Shown here piece after piece: positions 21,651-33,420 of a stretch of DNA of 64,000 nt. Each line of letters begins with the position of its first letter. The stretch's first letter is position 1. Position numbers and translations under genes: made by a program. The notes under the pieces were generated by a model, which made no database searches, was not told where the DNA came from, and worked only from the letters and a program-made list of their open reading frames with translations. Origin of the DNA: Gracilinanus agilis (Eukaryota); the NCBI RefSeq assembly GCF_016433145.1, contig NC_058134.1, positions 292,421,770 to 292,485,769 of the forward strand. Direction: 5' to 3'.

Positions 21651-23797
21651 AAAACAACATAAGAAAGATTATTCTAAATCACTAATAATACAAGAAATAT
21701 ATATCAATGGCACTAGAGTTCCACCTCACACTCAGTAAACTGACAATAATGACAAAAGATAGGAATAGTCAATATAGGAGAAGCTATAGAAAAACAGGCA
21801 CACTAAATATATTTTTGGTAGAACTATAATTGGCTACAACCTTTCTAGATAGCAATTTGGAATTATGCAAATAAGAGTTAAAATTTCGAGTGTTAGGCAT
21901 ATACCCCAAGGAGGTCACTAATCAGATGGTTTCATATACACCAAAATATTTCTAGCAGCACTTTCTATGGTTACAAAAAATGGAAACAAAATAGATATCT
22001 ATCAATTTGGAAATGGACAAAAAAATTGTGTAATGTGGTATGGGTAAATGAATATAATGGATAATTACTGTGCTATAAGAAGCAATGGGTATGTTAATTA
22101 TATAGAAGACTTAAATGAACAGATGTCATGTCAAGAAAACAACATATACATCCAGCTAAATGTAAAGAACAACAAAACAATCAAAAATGAATGCTGCAAA
22201 ACTGCAAAGAACATGGACACTTCACCCCTTCACTCCTTTGCAGAAAATAAGAAAATCCACTGATATGTTAGATTTTTTTTGACATTTTGACTTTTTGCCA
22301 AATTTCTTTCTCTTTCTCTTTTATTTTTTTAATTCTTGGTATGCAGAGTGAAGTAGGCAGAGCCAAGAAAGCAATATACACAATGTATACACTACGTCCA
22401 CTACATATAGTGTATAATGGAAAGAACTATCCAAAAAAATAAAAAGTGAATGTTGAAAAATAACAGAGAATCAGCATGGCTCTGAAGAGACACTTTTATT
22501 TTAAAGAAGTGAGAACTCCACAAGTGTGGTAACAATGCACCTATTTTCAGACTTTTTCTATGTATCAATCGGTTATGCTAAATTCCCCCTTTTTGTCTTT
22601 AAAAAATATTATTTCTTATAAGGGATGGCAGAAGGATACTGAGGGAAATTGCCCCAAAAGAAATTAATATGTGAAGACAGCAATAAAAACTTAATTTTAA
22701 AATAATTCTTTGTGCATTGCTGGTGGAGTTGTGAATTGATCCAACTATTCTGGATGGCAATTTGGAACTATGCCCAAAGAGCGCTCAAGACTGCCTGCTC
22801 CTGGATCCATCCATACCACTGCTGGGTTTATACCCCAAAGATATCATAAGGAAAAAGACTTGTACAAAAATATTTATAACCATGCTCTTTGTGGTGGCAA
22901 AAAACTGGAAAATGAGGGAATGCCCTACAATTGGGGGATAGCTGAACAAATTGTGGTATCTGCTGGTGATGGAATACTATTGTGCTCAAAGGAATGAACT
23001 GGAGGAGTTCCATGTGAACTGGAATGACTTCCAGGAATTGATGCAGAGTGAAAGGAGCAGAACCAGGAGAACATTGTACAGAGACTGATACACTGTGGTA
23101 AAATTAAATGTAATGGACTTGTCTACTAGCAACAATCCAGGACAACTGTGAAGGACCTATGAAAAGAACACTATTCACATTCAGAGGAAGAACTGTGGGA
23201 GTAGAAACACAGAAGATAAACAACTGCCTAATCACATGGGTCGATGGGGATATGACTGGGGATGTAGACTCTAAGCGATCACCCTAGTGCAAATATCAAT
23301 AATATGGAAATAGGTCTTGATCAATGACACATGTAAAACCCAGTGGAATTGTGCACTGATTATGGGAGGGGGTGGGAGGAGGGGAGGGATAGAACATGAA
23401 TCCTATAACCATGGAAAAATGTTCTAAATTAATTAATCAAATAAAAGATCTTAAAAAAATAAAACGAAAAGGAGTAAAACAAGGGGAAAAAGAAATAAAG
23501 CAGTTCTTTGTTAAAAGGGATGCTGCTGTAGGAGAGGTATTAGGGGCAGGAGCAGAAGGGAAGCTCTAGATGGTATAAAAACAGAAGATCAATATAAATC
23601 TACATAAAACAAAAAGCAAAGCAAAACAACCTTGAGATTTCACCTTAGACACAAGTAGAAAAATAGCAGAAATAACAAACAATGAGAACAGTCAGTGCTG
23701 GAGAGATTATGGAAAGACATGCTAACACACTGCTGGCAGAGCTGTGAATTTATTACACAATTCTAGAAAGCAATTTACTCAAAAGGAACGACTAGAT

Positions 23798-23961
23798 CAG
23801 TGGTTCCCAAACTTTTTTGGCCTACCGCCCCTTTCCAGAAAAAATATTTCTTAGCTCCCCCTGTCACATACTATCACTGCCCCCCTTACAGTTATTCACC
23901 TCCTCTCTGGATTGCTGCAGCACCCACCAGGGGGCAGTGATGCCCACTTTGGGAATCACTG
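23798..23961 (+). mobile_element. hAT MITE (164 bp), TIR CAGTG(G/A)TTCCCAAA, 8-bp TSD gactagat/gactagac
   Basis: Terminal inverted repeats and 7/8 TSD read directly. Confidence 0.88.
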
Positions 23962-25170
23962 GACTAGACCATCCACACCTTCTGACCTACATTTCGCTAA
24001 AAACACAGGTCTGATACATACCAAAACATTTACAGCCAAGCTCTGGATTTTAACAAAAGATATGAAACAAAGTAGACTGGGAAATAGCTAAACAAGTTCT
24101 TGTACAGAATGTAAGAAAGTATCACTCTACTATAAGAAATGATAGAGATGACTAGACACGTGGGAAAATTTACATGAAGCAATGCAAAGTGAAATAAGCA
24201 AAACTAGAAAAACCCCATACAGATGACAACATAACAGAAAAGAACAACAAAATAATCAAAACGGAATTCTGTGAAATTATAATGACCAAGTGGTGCTAAA
24301 GAAGATCTACGAGAAAGCCCTCTGGCCCACTTTTGCAGAGGTGGAGGGCTATGAGCATAGAACCGAATGTCACTTTTTTTTTAATATCTTGAGTTAGTTT
24401 TGATGAAAAGTTTGGTTGATGTTTTTTTTTTTAAATATTTATAAGGAACAGCTCTTTAGATGATGGGAAGGAATGTAGGTAATGCTATAAAAAGTCTTTG
24501 TCAAGAACTTACTGTGCTAGGGGCTAGAAAGGGACAGAAAGATTAATGAATTATCAAAAAAAACCTCTCCTGATTAGGCCTAAATTCTAATAAATTTTTC
24601 AAAAAAGAGAAGGCCAATGTGGGATTGAATAATTGCTACCTTTGGTCTTCTTTCCCACCCCCTTTGGGATCCTTTTCCATCAGTGACCTCTTGACTTCTG
24701 GATAGATTCCTTTCCATTGACTCCTTTCTACCAACCTTACTAAAAACTCCTGTCACAATTCCGCCTCTTTCCTTCCAGATGTAACTTTCAAAAAAAAACG
24801 AAGAGGACCACACATTGGCTATAATAGAAGTACATTTAGCCATTTAGCCCTAAGGCTTTCCTTGAACACCTATACTGACTGCTATATATCTTCACCTAGC
24901 AGATGCTGGGTACGCATAGCGTTTAAGTGTTTGGGGGACATAGTACCAAATTGCTCTCCAGACTAGCAGTATACTATATACAACACATATACCACAGAGT
25001 CTGGGACTTATTTAAAGGATCCATTTCAGAAAAGAACAAAGTCAGCATTCTTTGCATGAAAAATTTGAAGATAATCATGGAGTATGGAGTGAGGTTCTCT
25101 CCTTCAAGGAGAAGGGGGAGTATTGGTTGCTGGGTGAGTGATGGAAAGGCTATTAAGAGATAAGGAAGAG

Positions 25171-25374
25171 GGGCAGCTGGGTAGCTCAGTGGATTGAGTC
25201 AGGCCTAGAGACGGGAGGTCCAAGGTTCAAATCCGACCTCAGACACTTCCCAGCTGTGTGACCCTGGACAAGTCACTTGACCCCCATTGCCCACCCTTAC
25301 CACTCTTCCACTTAGGAGTCAATACACAGAAGTTAAGGGTTTAAAAAATTAAAAAAAAAAAAAAAGAGAGAGAG
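25171..25374 (+). mobile_element. Young SINE1_Mdo-type SINE with about 15-bp TSD agagat(a/t)aggaagag
   Basis: Full-length SINE, A-tail plus (GA)n, flanking duplication. Confidence 0.9.
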
Positions 25375-26974
25375 AGAGATTAGGAAGAGTTAGTAATGTT
25401 AGTAATGTTCTCTGTCCCATAGCATATGGTCATGAGGGAAGGAGTAGAAAGGTTTTGCCATGCCTACAAATTACTACAACAGCCAAGAGCCCCTAAGAAT
25501 TTCTGAATTTGCTGTTTAATTACTGATTTGGGAATAGAAAAGAGAGTGATTAAGTGGGCTGGCTCAAGGTGGCAAAAGTGTTGGGAAATCTCATAACCTG
25601 ATAAGTTTCTTGAACAAACTGGAAATTTTGAACAAACTGGGGTTTTTATGTTTCTCTGATAAGCTGAGACTTTGATGTTTTATGGTCTTGCTGTGCAAAT
25701 GAGGTAAATAAATAGGAATTATGAGAAAATTTTCTTGGCAAGAAATAAGTTGCAGAGGAGCACAATTCCAATTCCCAATGTTCTTCTGGTGATGCTATAT
25801 GTTTGTAGAAATATGGAACACCACAATCTCAGAAGGCTCAGAATTACAGAGATTTTTAAGGGCAAGAAGCCTATCTTATTTAATCTGTTTCTCTGCCAGT
25901 ACCTAGCAATTCTAAATTGAATTAAACATTCTGTGAGGCTCCAGATGGTGGATCTAGGAATAGTGGGTAGATTTTACAAAGGAGCAGTTTCAGTTTGATA
26001 TAAGAAAGAATGCAATAATTAGAGCCGTCCAAAAAAAGAATTGGCAAGCCTGTGATGTTCATGTCAGGGGACACAGACTTTCATTTTGGTTTTGTATCCT
26101 AGTGCCTAGCAGAGTACCTGCATATAGTAAAGGCTTAAGAAATGTTTTATTGAATTGAATCCAGATGGGTTTTAAGTTCCCTTCTAGACATTTAGGATTC
26201 TATTCATTTGTAACCAAACTTCTCAAAAATTTATATATATTCATTACACCTTACCTTCCATAGCCTTTTGTAATATGGCTCCTCACCAACCTACTTAAAC
26301 TACTCCAAGGTCACCAATACACTCTTCCTTGATTAAAAAAAAAAGCCTCCTCTGATATATCTGACAGCTGAGAAACTCCTCTATCCTGAAGCTCTCTCCT
26401 TCCTTGGCCAATCATTCTCCTCCTTATTATTATTGATAATAGCTAACATTTTATATAGAGACAATTTCTAGATTTGCAAAGCACTTTAAATTAGATCACT
26501 TGAGCCTGACAATAACTCTGCAGAGTAGTTCCATTATTATTCCCATATTAAAGAAGGGGAAAGTAAGGCTAAGAGGCATTTACTGACTTGCGCAGGATCA
26601 CATAGGTAGTATCTATATAAGTATTCACTTCAGATCTCTCTGACTCCAAGTCCATTGCTCTATCCACTATGCCACATAGCTATTTCCCTATTGTTTACAA
26701 AATGAAGTTCACCTAATTCCTACTACTTCCCTAAAGAAAATCTATTCTGCTCAAATTGGTCTCTTCATTGTTGCCTGAAGACAATCATCAAATTCCTACC
26801 TCTGTTATAATGTCCCCATTAACTGGAGTGCCATATCCCCCTCCACAGATATCTACTTCCTTTCATTCCTTCAAGGCCCAGCTCAAACCACCTTTTGTGA
26901 TACCCTGTTGTTATTGTTAGAGCTTTGTTTTCAAAGAGGACCAGTGACATTATAAGAGTTATACAAGTCATAAG

Positions 26975-27310
26975 TCTCATTGTCTCCTTCAGTGGCAAAA
27001 CAAAAGTCAAGACAACTGGCCTTAGCCTGGGATGCAGGGGATGGACTCAGCCTCTACAATGGCTGACTAAGCTCTAAGCATTCTATGGCACCTGCTTCAG
27101 CCACATTCACAGCCACTGAAAACAAATTGTTCTCACCCACCCATTCTGCCAGGGGAAGTCTTTACATGTGACATTTCCTTAACTCACTGATAGGTCTGAG
27201 GCCTGTTAGCTACCCTCAACCTGGTTTAGTCCCCTACCAACAGTTTTATCAAGGTGTAGCTGCTGCATTGTGCTACAGCTTTTTGGAACCCCAGGTGGGT
27301 GAAAGACAGT
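26975..27310 (-). mobile_element. RTE-related marsupial SINE or RTE fragment (WALLSI/MAR-like; family and strand tentative)
   Basis: aagtcaagacaactgg...acaaattgttctcacc...ccctcaacctggtttag resembles a remembered marsupial RTE-derived consensus. Confidence 0.5.
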
Positions 27311-27449
27311 CAGCTGTATGGAATATTCAAGAAGGATTAGCATGTGAGGGCTTGACAAGCCCTTTTCAGGCAGCCACCTTTGATGTCTACATTTCGCCCA
27401 ACTCTTACCAGATGTGCATTCTAAATTTGATTAGATCTATAATTTAGGC

Positions 27450-28000
27450 AAGAATGGGATTTTTCAGGGCTTTTGGGAAAGGATAGCTGAAGATGATTGT
27501 AAGTAGTACTTGATTATAAGGGGGAACCTGTATCTCACCTACTTAGTGTTCAATCTGCTAAATCATATTGCTTATGACAGATTCAAACTGGTGCAGAATT
27601 CAGAAAGTGTATCAAATCATGATGTTGAAGAAAGGGACCTAGACTGTCTATCAGAACTGGGATCCAATTCTGACAGCAAAAAGCTAGATGACCTCAGGCT
27701 TATAAGAGCCATGATCCTTGTTCTTAAGTGTAGAGCCTAATGATGCTGAGCAGTTAGTCCTAAATCGTGATTAGTGAAATTTGCTATTTCATGAGACAGT
27801 AATTTGGCATTATTGTAAATTCTGATTTCAGGTGTGATTGTCTGCATTGTCATAACAAAAGTCATCAATAAAAGCTGGCTACATCTGGAATCCCTTGCTG
27901 AACTCCAATGATCAATCTGTCAACGTATTGCTCCTTTTAATTCTTTGTCCTATGTTTTGCCTCATTAATCTGGTCAAAAGGCAGAACAAAGAATTTTTCT
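27450..28000 (-). mobile_element. Highly decayed CR1-type reverse-transcriptase fragment
   Basis: Minus strand GVQQG...FIDDF...(E)FTxxAKLL across frameshifts, compare RT GVPQG...FINDL...KFADDTKL. Confidence 0.4.
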
Positions 28001-29689
28001 TTTAATAAAAACTCTCCTAGGCACTGTTACAAAACACAATTCTATCCCAAAAAGGCAGAATTTTCTAAAAAATGGTTTAAGCTTTATGATGTGGCTTGAA
28101 ATATCCCACAAAACCCTGCCCAGTAACTGTAAACAGGCAAAATAACATGGAAGCAGTAATTAGTATGGGGCCAATTATAAGAAAATTCCTCATGCAAGGC
28201 CTAGGTCTTTGGTTGGGAGCCCATTCAGTTTCCTAATCACAAAGGACTAGGTTCAAACAATGCTCAATTTCCACAATACAGCCTTCCTTTAGAATCTCGG
28301 CAGAAGTAGCAAAAATCTAACTGAAAATTGCCCTGGGGTGTTTAACATATCATTAGCATTCTATTTACATGGGGTGTGCTCCCTCCAGTGGGCAGAGAGT
28401 GAATTATGGATAAAGCTACAAAGACCAAAGCCAACCACAAGTAAAAAGACATCAATTCCTAGGGAACTACTCAAACAAATGACCCCTTCCTAAGTAACTA
28501 ATCAAGATAAAAGGCATTCTTGAAAATGCCTTACCCAGCGCCTTAACTTACCTTACTTACTATTTCCTGCTTCTTTTACTGGCAACTCCATTTCTACATT
28601 CTCTCATAATAATGCTTTTTCCCTCAGCATGGAGTCCATTTGAGTTCTCAATTCTTTGGACAAGACCTAATTTCCTCTCACCTACGTCAGTTTTAGGTTT
28701 AAAAAAAAAAAAAAGACATAGGGAAATTATAACAGTAAGAAGACATAGATGTTAGTCGGGTTACAAGTAGACAGCCCAAGAACTCTACTAGTTTCCTAGA
28801 GATGTCAGAAGACATTGAGAAAGGTCTCCAGGAAATACAGTGATAAGTTTCTGAGAGAAAGTCACAAAGGATGAGGAAGCATGGGCTGACACCTACATCT
28901 TTGTGAGCTCCCAAGAGGTTTTTTTGCTTGTTTCTTTTATTGGTTTTGCCTTTCTTTATATTCCTAGCAATTTATATAGGGCTACTAGGCATAGAATATA
29001 CCTCACTAAATGCTAATTAATTGCTATAAATGGAAGATCTTTTTCAGTATTTCAGAATAAGTTCTATAAGATAGATGGATCCAAATAGAGGTGGAAGTTC
29101 TGAGGGGATGAGTTCAATTCCCATTTGGAAGGGCATTCCAGAAGGTTTTATGTAAGAACTAACACTGAACTATGAAAGAAGAATAAGATTTTGACCGACC
29201 TCCCTGGTTTCCTTTAGGTTCCACCTAAAATTCCACCTTCTGCAGGAAGTCTTCTCTAACTCTAATTCTAGTGCTGTCTCTCTTTTAATGATCGTGTTTG
29301 TAGCTTGCTTTGTAAGTATTTGTTTGCATCCTCTTGCCAGTTAGAATGTGAGCCTTGAAACCAAGGTCTGTCCTTTCCCCCCAAGCTTAGCACAGTGCCT
29401 GTACCATAGCAGACGCTCAATAAATGTTTGCTGAACTGACTGTGTAAATTAGGAGAGGGAAAGAGAGGATAGCTAGAGCGGGATCAAAACGAAGGGGTCA
29501 AGCTGTTGGGGGAAGGTCTACAAGGGTACCACGTGCGGGTGAAGCATTAGGCCTAGAAGGAGGGACTGATGATTATTCAGTGGCCCCAAGGCTGCTCAAG
29601 ATGGGCCTCGAAGCAGAATAGTTGGGATGCAGCGATGGCACAAGAACCTAGGATAGCGAGGTAGTCTCTTCCCCACAGGCCGATGCAGT

Positions 29690-30500
29690 CAAAGTGGGGG
29701 GTTGGGGGGGGTGGGCACTCGGCAGCACCGCAGGAAGATCAGGAGGGCTTCAGCGCCCGTCCACTGGACAACTCGTCCCCCAGGCCCAGACCGTCCGGCT
29801 GCAGCGGGCCTCATTGCCCTGCAGCTCAACCTTCCCCGAGGTTGAGACCCAGAGTGACAGGAATAAGCTTCGGAGCCCAACCTCTGCCCCACCACCCTCT
29901 CCAGCCTTGCCTCTTCCTCCCCACGGATCCTCCCTCATACCTGGACTCCCACCGCCCTCACACCTAAGAGCGAAGCCTCCCTAAATCCTTCCAAGCCTTC
30001 GTCACTGCGTCACTTCCTGCATCAAGGTCAGTTGGGAGCGGAACCACAGAGATGCTCCCGTGAAGGCCGGGAGGAACGGAAGTCAGAGCCTTGAACCTTA
30101 AGCTAAGAGCTTAAGCAGAAGGTTTAGGGCGGAAATGGATTTTTACCCTCTCTGACCAACTTCCGGCCTCCCTCGGGAGGGAAAACTAACTTTCCGTAGC
30201 CAGCTAGAGTATACTTCCGCTCTCTGCGGCCAGGCCCAGGTCGCAACTCGGACATGACTCGATGAATTTCCTGCTCATCGAGCCAATCATGGGCGTCCTA
30301 AAAGTCTTCAACGATTAGTTTGGAAGCACAGAATCCTGGGCTTTGTAGTCATTCCTCATTACGGCTCCCTGCCGCTAGGTCTGTGAGGTCTGTCACGGGA
30401 AAGGCCAATCCCAAGCAAATGTGAGATAGTGACGTCACTAGTCATCAGGCAAATCTTTTTCTGGCGAGGTTGGCTTCAGTGCGCCCCCTAGTGTTCTATC
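29690..30500 (-). promoter_or_regulatory. CpG-island promoter of COX14 with clustered ETS/GABP (CGGAAGT/ACTTCCG at 30077, 30159, 30213), CCAAT (30283, 30405) and CRE (30430-30437) motifs
   Basis: CpG-rich; motifs read directly; typical of nuclear-encoded mitochondrial genes. Confidence 0.75.
29941..30100 (-). other. COX14: Probable non-coding exon 1 of COX14 (5' end approximate)
   Basis: Strong minus-strand donor CAG|gtatga at 29941/29940 inside the CpG island; eutherian COX14 has a non-coding first exon. Confidence 0.45.
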
Positions 30501-30819
30501 TTGAGGTTGCCAGGCTAGATTAAATCCCAGAAGAACGCCAGGGGGAATTTAGGGTGAGTAAAGGTGCTGCCTGGAGAGAAATATAGCCAAGTTGGGCAAT
30601 GGTCATATGGAGACTGGGATTTAGAAAGCCGTAGTTTGTTATTTCCCCAGTTTTAGAGCTGCCAGAGACCCCTGAAGTCTGGGGTAGTTGTTTGGAAGAA
30701 TCATAAGGAGAATTTGGGGAAGAAGCTGTAGGGAAGAAGTTCTGGACCCAGAGGCTGAAGAAGACCTGAATTCTGGCCCCAGCACCAACCTGCGGGGTGA
30801 CCCTGGCCAACCTCTCCAG

Positions 30820-31200
30820 GCCTGTTTCCATCACTCTACAATGGCCACAGATCTAGCCCAAACCTCTTGTTTTGCAGGTAATAATAACACAATAGCAATG
30901 TTTAGTTAGGTTGGAAATACAATCTGCTTTTCTCCTAATTGGAAATACAATCTGCTTTTCTCCTAACACAATCCTAGGAGACAGGTTCTATTTTTTTTTA
31001 TCTCCATTTTATAGATGGGGAAAACTGAAGCAGGCAGCCTTTAAGTAACTTGGTCAAACCACTAGGAAATGTGCCAGGGTGTTTTGAACTTAGGTTCCCA
31101 TCATTCTAGCCACTGAATCACTTAGTTGCCTAGGAAAGAGGCCCAAGGAGAGTGATTTGAACCCAGGTCCTCTGACTCTAAATCCACTATTCTTTCTACT
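30820..31200 (-). mobile_element. MIR/core-SINE remnants
   Basis: ccattttatagatggggaaaactgaagc...tttgaacccaggtcctctgactc. Confidence 0.6.
30911..30966. repeat. Perfect 28-bp tandem duplication ttggaaatacaatctgcttttctcctaa x2
   Basis: 30911-30938 is identical to 30939-30966. Confidence 0.95.
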
Positions 31201-31386
31201 GCACAAATCATGAACTAGAATGAGAGGGTGGGGCAAGAGGATCTGAGGATGGATGACAAATTTGAGGGCTGTCAGAACAGTAAATATGACATTTTCCTCC
31301 CCGTACAGAAAAGAAATAAGGTTTGGAGGATGTAAAGAGTCCAGGATGTGACTAACACAGAGACTCTGTTCAGAAAATAACCTGAT

Positions 31387-31392
31387 TTTATT
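31387..31392 (-). terminator. AATAAA polyadenylation signal of GPD1
   Basis: tttatt on + strand about 1.9 kb past the GPD1 stop and upstream of the COX14 promoter. Confidence 0.6.
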
Positions 31393-33323
31393 GTATAAAA
31401 AAGATCGTTTGATTTGAAGGATTCAGATTAAAGTTAGGGATCAATAAGTTAGTGTCAATAAGTCATATTACTTTAGTTTAGATCTATTTCCAGGGGGTGG
31501 GGAGTTCTTTAGTCTTTCCATCTCAGCTTCCTGAGGAGGAAAATTGGTATGACAGTACAGCTCCAAAAGCACTGGGAGGCCTCTCTCATCTCAGTTTTCC
31601 AGGGGCTTGGTAGTCCTTGCCAGGCAATTCATTTCCTGAAACTCACAGTTCTTACCCCAACAGTGGCTAGAGGCCTTTAATGAGTCCCTGGTATGGGGAG
31701 GGAGGTGGTATAGAGTTACCATTTCTTGGTGGACCACAGACATTCACTGACTAGTGTCCCCTCTGCTGGCTGGACAGAACCCCAAAAGACTATTAATAGA
31801 GTAGCACCCAAGCTGCTGATCTATTGACATTCCTGATGCTGCCATCTGATCTTTGACTAAGGCCATTGCCAAGAACACTCACTCACTCACAGACAGTCTC
31901 TCCTTTCTCCTTCCTTCCCTTTCTTTCTCTCCTCCCTATTCCCTTTCCTTCACTTAGGTGTGGATATTTCTTCTCTCCCCTACACCCTGGATTTGATGTT
32001 TTTGAGGCAACGTAGACAGGCATTCCTCTGAGAACACTCCTAGCTCTTAGGGAGTGGACCCTCTCTCATCCAGAGCCCTGCTTCCCCTTGGGCCCCACTA
32101 ATTCTAATTCTGCATGTCGGGCTGTGGCATCTGGGGATTCCTTTTCCCTCAGCCTGTCCCCCACCCTCCCTGCTTCTCATGTGAAGACTCCCCAAAGCAG
32201 GAGGATAAAGGGCCTGTGTTCCCTGGAGCACCCTTCCCAAAGCCCATGAGATCAGCAGTGGTTCCTTCTGCTTGGCTGAATTGAGGCTGAGGAGCATGAG
32301 TATTTTAGGAAAGGGAGGGGTGGCAGTCAGGGAGTAATTCCCTGTAGGGAAGTCATATCCTCAGCTGAAGGCTAGGGGGAGGGCAGGCAGGGGGTGGGAA
32401 ATGAAAAGGTCAGAGTCAAAGCCACTCTGAAAAGGTACAGGAGGTGCCTCAGTCAGCAGATTAAGTTCCTGATACTCAGTGAGAGAGAACTGGGGGAGAG
32501 CAGGGAACTCACTAGAAAGGTCACTCGCGTAGGAGAGGAGCTCCAGGGCCATGGAAAGTGCCAAAGCTCAAAAAGCCAGGAACCAGGAAGGCCCCAGGGA
32601 GGAGACAGGGCCCCAGGGCCTCTGATGCCAGGCCAGCTGATTTGGATGCCAGGGGAGGAGGGGAAGGGACATGCTCAGAAGGTTCTGAGGACAGAGATGT
32701 TGCTAGGAGAAGCTGGACAAGAGATGAAATCTTTGTATTTTGTTACAAACACTGAAATCCATTGACACAGGATGGTGCCCCTGGTAGGGTCAGAGCCAAG
32801 GAGTTTCACAAGGCTCTATCTTCTCCCTCCCCCAACTGGAGCCCACCTCCTGAGCAACCTCTGCCCCAACTTCCTCACTTCCACAAGAAGCAGCCACTTG
32901 ATTGGGCATGGGGCCTGGAGGGCAGGGCTCTTAGCTTTGGCCATCATTTTTTTAGGTCAGCAAAATGCAGCAGCCATCCTAGCCCCCAGTTATCCAGAGG
33001 GCGTTGAGGTTCATTTCCCCCATACCCAAATAGAAAAGAAAAGTGGCCTGACCCCCTGGAGAGGAGGAGGGGGAAAGAGGAAGATACAAGAATTTAAGAA
33101 TCTCCAAGCTGAGATGAGGTCAATTGCTTGGGTCCGGTTTGGCCCCCTGTGCAGAGGTTTCCATGGGTCCTTAAGCCCCAAGGCTCCCCGTACTCTGAGG
33201 AAAAGAAAGGGCCAAGCTGAGGTTGAGTGACTGAGAACCTTTGAAAAGTTCTCAGGGCCCAATATGCCCCGGAGTCCGGTTCAGGAAACTGGGTGTCTCC
33301 AGTAACCCAAGCTCCAGTGCTGC

Positions 33324-33420
33324 TCACATGTGTTCTGGGTGGTTCTGAAGGCACTGGATAAATTTCTGGACTGGGTGACCCTCATAGCACACCTGGTACA
33401 CTGCCGTGAACAAGGGGAAC
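33324..33420 (-). CDS. GPD1: GPD1 exon 8 coding (97 nt), ending at TGA
   Basis: cccag|G TTC CCC; [31 protein letters not shown]. Confidence 0.96.

Larger units (their letters stand above)
20960..24350 (+). mobile_element. Nest of L1 ORF2-end and 3'UTR fragments, including a younger L1 at about 22705-23470
   Basis: Repeated L1 motifs: gcaatttggaa(c/t)tatgc, ccccaaag, gatgcagagtgaaaggagcagaacc, A-rich tails. Confidence 0.75.
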
